64,000 nt of DNA from Octopus vulgaris (GCA_951406725.2 OX597818.1:50530001-50594000); one strand, 5' to 3'; numbered from the stretch's first letter, positions 11,302 to 23,561 are shown. Numbers and translations are program-made. Notes: generated by a model not told the origin, from the letters alone.

Positions 11302-11915
11302 TTATCTATCTATCTGTATATCTATGGCCCTTTAGTTTTGACCAGGTATAAAGCTCATCTTGCATAATGGAAAGTAAACAGATGGTGGTTATGGTGACGT
11401 TTCACCCTTTTCAGTTGCATTAGCTAAGAGAATTACTTTTACGTGGAGACCAAAGACAACGCGTCTCTTTCTTATTATGTGTTGCAGAAGTCAAGCCCTT
11501 TATTCAAAAGGACGGTCTTATGAGAAACTTAACTATGTAATACATTACAATAGACTGACAAACAGTCTACACATATTGATTGTAGGAATTTAGACGACAC
11601 AAAAAAGTGATGGCGGTGAAGTATTGAGGTATATCTTACTTCAAAGAAGATATTTATTTCAATGAATTACATATATGACCACAGGATGGTTAAGAGTAAC
11701 GCGTCACAGTCATGTAATTCTGAGTTCAATACCATTGCACGGTATCTTGTGCGAGTATCTTCTACTAAAGCCTTGGGCTAATCAGTATATTGTGAGTGAA
11801 AAAAATTGGTCGAATTGTGAAAAAGCCCGTTAGAAATAATACATACACACAAAACAACTCTTAAACCACGTGAGAGCCTTTTTCTAACGACTGACAAGGG
11901 AGACATAAATATATA

Positions 11916-12037
<122 letters not shown>

Positions 12038-12399
12038 TAACTTATTAAATAAGGGCAAAAGAAAAATTCTAATGCCAAATATGCCGAAAATAGACAAAAC
12101 TGTCAATAACCATTATAATTTATGCGTCTCGAAACAAGCCGATAGAAATTTTTTTAAAATTCCGTTATTACCGTATTGGTCCCAATTTCAGAGTCAATTC
12201 ATAAGAATTTTCTCCTCCTCAGCGATAAATACGTAAGACATAAATGAAATACTTACTCATACCCATGGAAAATCAAGCACTAAGTCCTGAGCAGACCTAA
12301 GTACTCCAAATATATCCAAAATAGAAAATCTCGAGACACGTGTGATTCGAACTAGAAACTTTCACAGATTGAGAGAGTCCGGACGTGAACACTATTAAA

Positions 12400-12441
<42 letters not shown>

Positions 12442-12557
12442 TTTACACACACACACACACAAATTATTTTAATAATTATAAAGTGTAAAATCAATAATGA
12501 TTTTACCAGGTAGCCAGTGCGAAAATAAAATCCTTTTAGGTAAATTTTACGAATTAT

Positions 12558-12725
12558 TTTATAATTATATACATAATTATATCAAGGGCTCAGCTTAAAG
12601 CATCACTACGCGCTGCTAAAAATAGATGTTAAAGTCTTTTTTTTACTATCTTAAAATCTCCAAGAAAAATACACTTAGCGCGTGGTGATGCTTTAAACTG
12701 ACCACTTGTTATAATTATGTATATA

Positions 12726-12732
<7 letters not shown>
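12558..12732. repeat. Imperfect inverted repeat (~55-bp arms)
   Basis: TTATAATTATATACATAATTATA..AAAGCATCACTACGCGCT / AGCGCGTGGTGATGCTTT..TATAATTATGTATATAATTATAA. Confidence 0.85.
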
Positions 12733-12763
<31 letters not shown>

Positions 12764-12764
12764 G

Positions 12765-13014
12765 AATAAATGCACCCTTTTAAAGCCTAGCCAGGCTCAT
12801 GGGCCCGGTTTCCCGGTTTCAATGGCATATGTGTTTCCCAGCTGGACGGGATGCCAGTCCATCGCAGCGTTACTCATTTTTGCCAGCTGAGTGGACTGGA
12901 GCAATGTGAAATGAAGTGTGTTGCTCAAGAACACAACGCGTCGCCCGGTCTAGGAATCGAAACCACAATCTTGCAATCATGATGCTGACACCCTAACCAC
13001 TAAGCCACGCACCT

Positions 13015-13018
<4 letters not shown>
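12765..13018 (-). mobile_element. tRNA-derived SINE with V-like domain
   Basis: Minus-strand head GTGGAGGTGCGTGGCTTAGTGGTTAGGG, B box GTTTCGATTCC, GCTGCGATGGACTGGCATCCCGTCCAG. Confidence 0.8.
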
Positions 13019-13095
<77 letters not shown>

Positions 13096-13529
13096 AATAA
13101 TGTATTTATATTATGCATTCATACATATACGTATGTGTGTGTTTGTGTGCTTATGTGTGCGCGTGTGTGCATGCATGCTTGCGTGTGCGTGCGTGCGTGC
13201 GTGCGTGTGTGTGTATGTGTGTACTTGTTAAAACTGTGAAGCTTAGCACGCAAAGATTTTAAATGAACTAAATACACTTAATAACCTCTTTCTGTAGTCG
13301 GATCGATTACTAACCAATTAATTGGCTCTGATCGACATTTTATTGATGTTCGATTACTAGTTTAATTGTGAACTGTATTTTCAAACACACTTGCTGTCAT
13401 AATGCAGTATATATTTGCAACCTATATCAAGTAGGTATTACTTTTGTGGTTAAGAATTTCAATTCGTAACCGCGTTGTTGGGAGCTCAATCCTACTGCAC
13501 GGCACATTGATCGATTTTTCTTCATCATA

Positions 13530-13699
13530 GGCATAGGAGTGGGCTCTGTGTTAAGTAACTTGCTTACCAACCACATGGTTCCGGTTTCCGTCCCACTGCG
13601 TGACACCTTGGGCAAGTGTCTTCTGCTATAGCCTGGAGCCGACCGAAGCCTTGTGAGTAGATTTGGTAGACGGAAACTGAAAGAACCCTGTCGTATATA

Positions 13700-13747
<48 letters not shown>

Positions 13748-13755
13748 CACACACT

Positions 13756-13787
<32 letters not shown>

Positions 13788-14050
13788 CATATATGTATGT
13801 ATGTATATATGTATGTATGTGTGTGTGTATATGTTTGTGTGTCTGTGTTTGTCCCTCCAACATCACTTGACAACCAATGCTGGTGTGTTTACGTCCCCGT
13901 CCCGTAACTTAGCGGTTCGGCAAAAGAGACCGATGGAATAAGTACCAGGCTTACAAAGAATAAGTCCTGGGCTCGATTTGCTCGACTAAAGGCGGTGCTC
14001 CAGCACGAGCACAGTCAAATAACTGAAACAAGTAAAAGAGTAAAAGAGAA
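13530..14050 (+). mobile_element. tRNA-derived SINE family B (internal (TA)/(CA) microsatellite, CR1-like tail), full length
   Basis: AGG.GTAGGAGTGG head, CCTTGGGCAAGTGTCTTC core, GGCGGTGCTCCAGC..GACTGAAACAAGTAAAAGAG tail; about 20 copies in the window. Confidence 0.9.
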
Positions 14051-14127
14051 TAGCTTCAGGTTGACGAATATTTTATAATAAACATTTGTGTATACACACA
14101 CATGCATAAATACATCTCCCACACATG

Positions 14128-14163
<36 letters not shown>

Positions 14164-14303
14164 GATATAGATATGTAACTACTTGGACATTCGGTATGTC
14201 TATTGATATGTCGATTAAAGCACATTCACCGCTTGGGCTGCCTACAGTTACGATATAACTTTCTCTAGATCAGCTTCAGGCTATCTGCAGTGTTTGTTGA
14301 GTT

Positions 14304-14640
14304 TATAATTGATGAAGGAAACAGAAGATGGATTTAGTACAAATATTTAATCAACACACCGATCGTTTCGACCCATCCTGCTTCTCTCCCATGGGAATAG
14401 AATATTGTGCATCTAGTTGTGTGCTAGTATATATATATATATATATATTAGAATATCTACTAGGATATCTTGTTTTTACACCAAGCACCTGAAGTGACAC
14501 AGACTGCACTGATTGGTGCAACACAACTAGATGCACAATATTCTACCCCCATGGAACAGATGCAGGAGGGGTCGAAACGATCGTCGTGCCGAATAAAGAT
14601 TCGTACTAAATCCATCTTCCGTTTCCTTCATCAATTTATA
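14304..14640. mobile_element. Penelope pLTR-like unit with inverted partial copy; hammerhead motif 14485-14589 (+)
   Basis: GCAC-CTGAAGT-GAC...GTC-GAAA-CGATCG-TC-GTGC followed by AATAAA; 14304-14422 is the reverse complement of 14521-14640. Confidence 0.7.
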
Positions 14641-15174
14641 GTAGCTTACCTTTCGAATTATTTCAGAACATGGTTGAGTCCATAAAATAGGATTTGACTA
14701 CACCTCCATTTAGAGCACAGTTTAAGCTATCTTTTCGTGGAAGAAGGTTTATGTTCCTATAAACTGTGTTAATTTTGTAACCCTTTAAAATGGAAGATAA
14801 GAAAGTTCATTTTCTGCACTTGATGCTTTGGGAATCAGACAAAGATTGCTGCAGCTCGGCTGGGATGTGTTACCCCACTCTCCATTTTCACCAGATATTG
14901 CTCCTTCGGATTTCCACTTATTCATGTCTCTGCAGAATAGTCTTAATGGTAAAAATTTCAATTCCTTGGATTAACATAAAAAGATACCATGATGAATTCT
15001 TTGCCATGAAACCACCTCAATTCTGGGAAGAAGGTATTTTCAGGTTAAAGGAAAGATGGAGACGCATTGTGCAACAAAATGGTTCATATATGGTTGAATA
15101 AAAATGTAATGGCAAGTATTTATTGACCTTTTTCTTTCCTTTAAAAATCGGCATGAACTTTCCGGACAACCCAA
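14633..15174 (+). mobile_element. Internally deleted mariner (Tc1/mariner), 5' TIR lost
   Basis: Colinear with 42820-43384; right TIR GGCATGAACTTTCCGGACAACCCAA then TA. Confidence 0.9.
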
Positions 15175-15389
15175 TATATATGCGTGTATGTGTCTAAGAA
15201 TAATATAACATGAGGGCGGAGGATATCAGGCTTTAATAGTAGATCACAACATCTGTTTCTGCACTACACACAGGCTTTAAATTATTCAATTTATATTCAT
15301 ATACAATTAAAGAAGACTATTCTTTATAATTATTATACAGTTGAATATTTTTTAGCTACAGTTGTGTGCAGGTGCTTCATCGGATGGGA

Positions 15390-16543
15390 TACTCTTTTAC
15401 TTGTTTCAGTTATTTGACTGTGGCCATGCTGGAGCACTGCCTTTAGTCGGGCAAATCGAACCCAGGACTCATTCTTTGTAAGCCTAGTACTTATTCTATC
15501 GGCCTCTTTTGCCAAACCGCTAGATTACGGGGACGTAAACACACCAGCATCGGTTGTGAAGCGATGGTGGGGGAACAAACACAGACACACAAACATATAC
15601 GAGGTTGTAGTAGAAGACACTTGCCCAAGGTGCCACGAACTGGGACTGAACTCGGAACCATGTGGTTGGTAAGCAAGCTACTTACCAGAAAGCCATTCCT
15701 ACGCCTGTAGATATGGTGCATCGGCCGGGATATATATAAATCGGCCTCGGTGGAATACGATAGGCTATAAATAATTGCGTGTAGATATTTCACACGAAGA
15801 CAGTTGTATAAAAAAAGTTTTGTAACTCATGAATTGTGGTTAAAGTAGGCACACAGCAGCCTTAGTATTGTTACAATACAATATGAAGATATAAAAGAAA
15901 GTAGCTCAGCAATAAAGAAATTAAAGAAAACATTGTATTAATTTTTTTTTACTTGTTTCAGTCATTTGACTATGGCCATGCTAGAGCACCGCCTTTAGTC
16001 GAGTAAATCGACCCCAGGATTTATTCTTTGCAAGCCTACTACTTATTCTATCGGTCTCTTTTGCCGAACCGCTAAGCGATGTTGGGGAGGGTGAGACAAA
16101 TACAGACACACAAACTTATTCTTTAACTCTTTAATCTTTAACTTGTTTCAGTCATTTGACTGCGGCCATGCTGGAGCACCGCCTTTAGTCGAGCAACTCG
16201 ACCCCGGGACTTATTCTTTTTTTTTTTTTGTAAGCCCAGTACTTATTCTATCGGTCTCTTTTTGCTGAACCGCTATGTGACGGGGACGTAAACACACCAG
16301 CATCGGTTGTCAAGCAATGCTAGGGGAACAAACACAGACACACAAACACACACACATACATATATATATATACATATATACGACGGGCTTCTTTCAGTTT
16401 CCGTCTACCAAATCCACTCACAAGGCTTTGGTTAGCCTGAGGCTATAGTAGAAGACACTTGTCCAAGGTGCCATGCAGTGGAACTGAACCCGGAACCATG
16501 TGGCTGGTAAGCAAGCTACTTACCACACAGCCACTCCTGCGCT
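15390..16543 (-). mobile_element. Three SINE family B copies (~15390-15710, ~15945-16110 partial, ~16125-16543)
   Basis: TTTTACTTGTTTCAGTCATTTGACT..GGCCATGCT tails and CCACTCCTGCGC heads. Confidence 0.9.
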
Positions 16544-16627
16544 AAGTTGTTTAGCGTTTAGAGATTAACCATTATTCATGTATTGTTGTCCTGTTTCGTT
16601 GGTGTATTTAAATGAAAAAAGCTAAAT

Positions 16628-17040
16628 AGGCGCAGGAGTGGCTGTGTGGTAGGAAGCTTGCTTCCCAACCACATGGTTCTCGGTTCAGTCCCACTGCGTG
16701 GCACCTTGGGCAGGTGTCTTTTACTATAGCCTCGGGCCGACCAAAGCCTTGTGAGTGGATTTGATACACAGAAAGCCCGTTGTATATATGCGTGTGTGTG
16801 TGTGTGTGTGTGTATTGTGTGTCTGAGTTGGTGCTCCCACCCATCGCTTGACAACAGATGTCGGTGTGTTTACGTCCTCGTAGCTTAGAGGTTCGGCAAA
16901 AAAAAAAACAACGATAGTATAAATACTAGGCTTACAACGAATAAGACCTGGGGTCGATTTGTTCGACTAAAGGCGATGCTCCAGCATGGCTGCAGTCAAA
17001 TGACTGAAACAAGTAAAAGAATAAAAGAATAAAGGAATAA
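16628..17040 (+). mobile_element. SINE family B
   Basis: AGGCGCAGGAGTGGCTGTGTGG head through GAAACAAGTAAAAGAATAAAAG tail. Confidence 0.9.
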
Positions 17041-17139
17041 CCGTTTCTGTAGTCCTAACGATATTTTACCGACTCGGTATAAAATGGCATGAACGTTCAT
17101 GTATAGGAATATATCCATCATATTTGTTTTTTCTTTTAT

Positions 17140-17354
17140 CTTTTTCTTTTATTTGTTTCAGTCATTTGACTGCGGCCATGCTAGAGCACCGCCTTTAGTC
17201 GAGCAAATAGACCCCCAGGACTTATTCTTTGTAAGCCTAGTACTTATTCTACCGGTCTCTCTTGCCGAACCGCTAAGTTACGAGGACGTAAACACACCAG
17301 CATCGGTTATCAAGCAATGCTGGGGGAGAAACACAGACACACAAACATATACAT

Positions 17355-17396
<42 letters not shown>

Positions 17397-17720
17397 ATGT
17401 GTGCGTTTCTCCCCCCAACATCACTTGATAACCGATGCTGGTGTGTTTACGCCGTCGTAACCTAGCGGTTCGGCAAGACAGACCGATAGAATATGTACTA
17501 GGCATACAAAGATTAAGTCCTGCGGTCGATTTTCTCGACTAAGGGCAGTATATATACGATGGGGTTCTTTCAGTTTCCGTCTACCAAATCCACTCACAAG
17601 GCTATGGTCCGCCCGAAGCTGTAGTAGAAGACATTTGCCCAAGGTGCCACGCAGTGGGACTGAACCCGGAACCATGTGGTTGGTAAGCAAGCTAATAACC
17701 ACACAGCCACTCCTACGCCT
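17140..17720 (-). mobile_element. SINE family B with an internal inverted duplicate segment (~17400-17545)
   Basis: Minus-strand tail and head interrupted by plus-strand CCCCCCAACATCACTTGA...CTCGACTAAGGGC. Confidence 0.8.
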
Positions 17721-18309
17721 GTGTTTGTCGATTCAATATTCGAACTTGACATCACAATTTTTAAATGCAGTTATATTTTGTTATTCTTAGATTTGTCATC
17801 TCAATATCTTTATTTCCACCTTATGAAAATCAATATTTCTAATATATAGAGAGAACCGTTGAACCGTTAAAAAATTGACGCTGAATAATAATCCTCAGGC
17901 GATTGTTTCCATTTTTTTCCCCCCCGACTACTTCAAACATTTTTTCATAATTTGATTAATATTAATATTGTGTACTACTTTGCGATTTTAAATTTGACAC
18001 CTGGATATAAGTAAAGAGAACTACAAACAATTGTACTGAAAAACTGATGCATATTTGAAAAAAAATGTGCAAACACACATACACACATTCACATGTAGAC
18101 ACACACACACACAAATACACTCACACACGCACAAATACACACACGCATGCACACACAAACAAGCACAAATATAAGATATGCAACATTCTCTAGTTCAACC
18201 GTACCGAGTTCTTTTTACATAGCTACAGGTGTCGTCTTTAAACAGAACAAAAGTACACAATATTTATATAAATAAATTTTTGAAAAAATAATGATTGAAA
18301 AATAATAGT

Positions 18310-18690
18310 AGCGGCTTCGTGATTAGTAGCTTGCTTACCAACCACATGGTTCCGGGTTCAGTCCCACTGTGTGGCAACTTGGGCTAGTGTCTTCTACTAT
18401 AGCCTCGGGCCGACCAAAGCCTTGTGAGTGGATTTGGTAGACGGAAACTGAAAGAAGCCCGTCGTATATAAGTATATATATATGTTTGTGTGTCTGTGTT
18501 TGTACTCCTAACATCGCTTGACAACCGATGCTGGTGTGTTTATGTCCCTGTAAATTAGCGATTTGGCAAAAGAGAACGATAGAATAAGTACTAGGCTTAC
18601 AAAGAATAAGTCCTGAGTTCGATTTGCTCGACTAAAAGGCGGTGCTCCAGCATGGCTACAGTCAAATGACTGAAACAAGTAAAAGAGTAA
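18310..18690 (+). mobile_element. SINE family B
   Basis: Core and tail match the family consensus. Confidence 0.9.
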
Positions 18691-18738
18691 TGGTACTTGC
18701 TCACTTCTATTTTCATTGTTGTACTGAACGTCTTTTAA

Positions 18739-19243
18739 GGCGGCGAGCTGGCAGAAACGTTAGCGCGCCGGGCGAAATGCTTAGCGGCATTTCGTCTGCC
18801 GCTACGTTCTGAGTTCAAATTCCGCCGAGGTCGACTTTGCCTTTCATCCTTTCGGGGTCAATAAATTAAGTACCAGTTACACATTGGGGTCGATGTAATC
18901 GACTTAATCCGTTTGTCTCTCCTTGTTTGTCGACCTCGGCGGAATTTGAACTCAGAACGTAACGACAGACGAAATACCACTAAGCATTTCGCCCGGCGTG
19001 CTAACGATTTTTATTTCTTTATTGCCCACAAGGGGCTAAACATAAAGGGGACAAATAAGGACAGACAAACGGATTAAGACGATTACATCTACCCCAGTGC
19101 GTAACTGGTACTTAATTTATCGACCCCGAAAGGGTGACAGGCAATGTCGACCTCGGCGGAATTTGAACTCAGAACGCAACGGCAGACGAAATGCCGCTAA
19201 GCGTTTCGCCCGACGTGCTAACCTCTCTGCCAGCTCGCCGCCT
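18739..19243. mobile_element. Convergent, rearranged SINE family A copies (+ 18739-18930; - 18930-19243)
   Basis: GGCGGCGAGCTGGCAGAAACG at the left end and CTGCCAGCTCGCCGCC at the right end. Confidence 0.85.
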
Positions 19244-19459
19244 TTGAGAGCTCAAAGATATTTATAATGTATACAAACTAGAACTCAGCTATATTAGTCT
19301 AATTTGCATAACAGTGCAGGCGATGACGACGTGGATTAATTAAGGAATTCATTGTGCGTTACTTATCGCGCCTGGATAATTTGAAGTGTTAAGTCTGTTT
19401 TCTTTTTATTAATTCATGCAATTTTAGACAAGCTGTGAAAAATAAACAAAATTACTCAC

Positions 19460-19501
19460 GTCTTCGAGGAGAGAGAATGTCATTTTTTTCATGATGAAAA
19501 T
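19460..19501 (-). CDS. Putative 42-nt phase 1-1 internal exon (DFHHEKNDILSPRR)
   Basis: Minus strand GTGTTAG|ATTTTCATCAT...CGAAGAC|GTGAGT; open frame compatible with both flanking candidate exons. Confidence 0.35.
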
Positions 19502-19611
19502 CTAACACTCCAAACACTAAATTACCCTCCAGAGAGAAAAATAAGAACTATGCAACTACTTTGTCTACGCTTCCCAGCAAAGTTAAAATAGTACTTTTAT
19601 TTTAGATGGTA

Positions 19612-19913
19612 CTAGCAGTATCGCCCGGCTTTGCTCGGGTTTATAAGGGAAATAACTATATAAGCATTTTTAGAGAGTTACTTCCCTTATATAATAGCAA
19701 AAAATGCATTAAAAATGGGAAAAATTTATGGTAAATTTTTTTTTAAATCGTAGACTCATCGTAGACGCGCGCTAATACTCAGAAGGGCTCGATATGAATC
19801 ATGACTATAAGATACCCACTTTTGGTTAAACTGCACCGAATAATGTGGGAGTAGTTAGGAATCTAAATCGTAGGAGACAGACACTCACACAACTTCACTT
19901 TTATATATAAAGA
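19612..19913 (-). mobile_element. Non-autonomous Helitron
   Basis: Minus strand begins TCTTTATATATAAAAG, ends with hairpin CCCGAGCAAAGCCGGG and CTAG, between host A|T; paralog at 60403-60801. Confidence 0.8.
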
Positions 19914-20615
19914 TATTTTAAATGGCATCTTAGTTTAAATTATATTTTATGCTATTTTTCAACTCATCCAAACATACTGTGTAAAGTACTGTAGACTAAT
20001 CCAAGCTGTTAGTGCATGAACAATTATACTAATTAGTCTTACAAGTGTAGTTTAATCCTAGATTGTATGCCGTATAAATATTTATAAGCCGCCAATCACT
20101 AACTGAACATTCTTTCTAGTAATGTTTACGAACACTAGAAATAAATTAGGCCGACGCTATTTCTGCCTTCGGAGAGATAAGTGATGTAGAGTAATGACGT
20201 TCATTATTTTTCACACATAGCTGTGTTAAAACTGTATCTTCATTTACAAAATACATACGCTACATTGTGTGTGTGTGTGTGCGTACGTGTGTGTGAATGT
20301 ATTTGGTAATGTGACACGTATTCGAATGATACCGTCAAATTAATCTTAGCAAGATACTTTTACAGAACGTGCTCACAAAATAAGCTGAGATTATGAAATG
20401 CTTGAGGCTGTTTCACAAGTGTATTGAGAAAAGCAATAGACGGAAAGAGCCAGTTTCAGATACACTATATAAAGCATAAGCGAGATCTCACATTTTAGCA
20501 ACACTTTCACTACGTATCCTTCTGTTTCGAAATTTATGTGTCTCTTCAGGCGGTGTAAAAGCACATACTCCTTTATAGTTATTAGTCACAAGGGTTGAGA
20601 GTAAAGGAATCTCAC

Positions 20616-20724
20616 CGGAATTTTTATGATTCCAGCTGTCGCTGCTGGTTTCACTAAATAGACACGCAGATGGCAGAATGTAAAGCAAGCATGCTACCAT
20701 GTGGATTTTACTTCGTAGTGTCAT
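20616..20724 (-). CDS. Putative first coding exon with signal-peptide-like N-terminus (MTLRSKIHMVACLLYILPSACLFSETSSDSWNHKNS)
   Basis: ATG at 20724; basic then hydrophobic N-terminus; phase-1 donor CCG|GTGAGA. Confidence 0.4.
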
Positions 20725-20944
20725 TGCAACTGGGCGCTGTTAATTGGTACCAAATCTCAAGGTGCCAAAGCCATTGCGATCGCTATTTGGTACACGCACA
20801 CACACACACACACACATACACAAGCACGCACGCACAAGCACGCACGCACAAGCACGCACGCACAAGCACGCACGCACACATACACACACACACATGTAAG
20901 TATAAATGTACATATGTCTTTGTGCACCTATATATAAAACTTAG

Positions 20945-21668
20945 TTATGTTTCGACTAAAGATTGGTCCTGTCCATATCCAACTTAAAAGCACCACCCGA
21001 TAGGATTATCTAAATCCCTTTAAAATCAGGTTTTGCGGTATCATGGTCAATTTGAGGAGAGAGTTCTTGTTGAGTGAGCTGTATCCAGTTATAGGTGGAT
21101 TGTCTTTTACTCCTTGAAGAAATTTGCCCAGATTCCGTTTAAAGGTGATGGGATCCTTTTCCTCTTTGATCTATTTTGAGACAATGTTAAATAGGGCAGG
21201 GCCTGTTGAGGAAAAAAAATGTGTTGCAGTGTATTTATGTGTTGTGATTCTGAATTGGGTAGGGGACGTATGGCCCGTGGTCCCAGTCGTGGATGAATTC
21301 TGAAGCTAATGTTGAGGTCATTTGGGCAATGCTGGCGGTATATTCACAACATCGTGCAAATGATGTACCGCTTGCGGCGGCGCTGGAGAGAGTAGAGTTT
21401 TATTGCTTTAAGGTGGTCCCAGTAATCGCGATCAGTCATGCCCTTAATTCGTTTAGTGACTGCCCTCTGGGGTGATTCAATTTTCGAGATGTTTTGTATG
21501 GGTAGACCACAGGGGGCAGCAGTATTCGAGGTGTGGCCGTACGAAGGAGGTAAAAAGTGGAATGATAACACCTTGTTCTCAGGACCGGAAGGTTCTTAGG
21601 ATCCAGGAGCTCGTCTTACGGGCTATATCGACTTTATTGTTGACGTGGACACTCCAACTGAGATTGTT
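20945..21668 (-). mobile_element. CR1-like LINE 3' fragment (degenerate ORF2 C-terminus)
   Basis: ILRTF..FVRPHLEYCCPLW..IESPQRAVTKRIKGM..YWDHLKAIKLYSLQRRR. Confidence 0.85.
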
Positions 21669-21672
21669 ATCA

Positions 21673-22305
21673 AGAATTATATATATACACGAGGCAATCC
21701 AGTATATGGCCCCTGCTTATACATTTTAATTCTTCAAATCTACCGCGCAAGCGCAGCTCCTTGTCGGCAGTAAATAAAAATGCCGGCTTTTCAATTCGAA
21801 AATTATTCAGAAAAAAATTATCAATAATTAATAATATCAAAGGGTAATCAGAAATATTATAAATTTCCGCTACCAGTGGCCTAGCGTGTAAAAATTTAGT
21901 CAATAAAGCACGGGGCATATACTGGATAGTCAATAAAGCACGCGGCATATACTGGATTGCCTCATGTATATATATTTAATCTAAGGTGTACCCGCTGAAG
22001 AAGACTTCGCATAGCAAATTATTTTATTTGCTAAAAATAAGTCTGAAACCATTGGTCCAGGAGTTAGATGGTAAATGTTTTTATTTTTCATTCCCTTCGA
22101 AATTTTATCACTAATTGTGTTTTGGAATTTAACTGTTCTCTCTAGCGTGCAAGGAGTCCTATGATGGATGCCTCTTATGTGTTTAAATGTACACTGTATT
22201 TATATGAATAATATATAGTCTATTGACTAAATTTTCACGCGCTAGGCCACTGATAATGGAAATTTCTAATATTTCTGATTACACTTTGATATTATTAATT
22301 ATATA
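21673..22305. mobile_element. Penelope pLTR-like unit with interleaved inverted repeats; hammerhead 21991-22062 (+)
   Basis: CTGAAGA-AGACTT...AAGTCT-GAAA-CCATTGG-TC; inverted pairs ~21680-21720/21935-21975 and ~21825-21905/22221-22300. Confidence 0.7.
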
Positions 22306-22309
22306 TATA

Positions 22310-22765
22310 TATTCTAAGTTTCAGTCAAAGGATTGCGGTAATGCTGGAGCACTGCTTTTTACTTTGCTATGCTTTCACTAAACTTCCTCTGATATGTGAC
22401 ATTTGGTGGTTGAGGTAGTTGGACGTTGCGCCCCCATCTGTGTTTCTTTCCTAGAGGTAGGTTCATCTAGAACTCCTGAAAGAAGGAGATCTAATTTTGT
22501 TTTGTAAAAGTCTACATCTACGCCATGCAGGTCTCTCAGATTTTGTGGGAGGATATTGAAGAGCTGTTGCCCTTTGAAGCCCAAACTGCTGCAGTACCCG
22601 GTCCTGTATCCTGATGGCAATGTTGGGACCTTTGGTGCCATCCAGTAGTGCCTCGTCCTACTGTTCGTGTAAGTGACGAGGCCAAAGTTTGGCAACCTTT
22701 TTCTGGGATTTTTCAGGTATATATTACTGCATACCTTTCCCGTCTTAGCTCCAGCGGGTTGAGTC
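22310..22765 (-). mobile_element. CR1-like LINE 3' end
   Basis: [38 protein letters not shown]; paralogs at 23560 and 25780. Confidence 0.8.
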
Positions 22766-22790
22766 AACTTCCCCTCTCTCTCTCTCTCTA

Positions 22791-22839
<49 letters not shown>

Positions 22840-22918
22840 ATATGTATATATATACATACATACATACATACATATATATACATATATACATACATATATA
22901 TATATACACACACACACA

Positions 22919-22996
<78 letters not shown>

Positions 22997-23000
<4 letters not shown>

Positions 23001-23465
23001 AAACAAGTCAAAATAGAAAATGCTAAAATAATTTTATAAAGAACATTTCAGTACCGGTTTCGGTCATTTTGAGACCTTTTCAACTGTAACGATTAAATAA
23101 TTAAATTTAGAAAAATTAAAAGAAAAGTTTTTTTAAAGGAATATTTGTATAGTGTTCAAATATAACTGGCATTCTGCCTTTCTCTGTCTCCCTTGTTTGC
23201 ACTTGTGTGTTCGAGGCAGTTGTGAATTCTTGGTAGGGTAGAAAACGGCCTCGAACACACAAGTGCAAACAAGGAGACAGAGAAAGGCAGAATGCCACTT
23301 ATATTTGAACACTATACAAATATTCCTTTAAAAAAACTTTTCTTTAATTTTTCTAAATTTAATTATTTAATCGTTACAGTTGAAAAGGTCTCAAAATGAC
23401 CGAAACCGTACTGAAATGTTCTTTATAAAATTATTTTAGCATTTTCTATTTTGACTTGTTTTTTC
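22997..23465. mobile_element. ~220-bp-arm near-perfect palindrome of a pLTR-like unit with hammerheads at 23049-23086 (-) and 23377-23413 (+)
   Basis: Arms 22997-23217 and 23248-23465 with a 30-nt spacer; CAG-TTGAAAA-GGTC..GACC-GAAA-CCGG-TA-CTG. Confidence 0.8.
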
Positions 23466-23497
23466 ATATATATCAACTCGTGTGTTCCTCTTCACCC

Positions 23498-23557
<60 letters not shown>

Positions 23558-23561
<4 letters not shown>

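Noticed and set aside
12257-12296. Possible minus-strand exon with GTAAGT donor
   Set aside because: Stops in the phase needed to join the candidate gene
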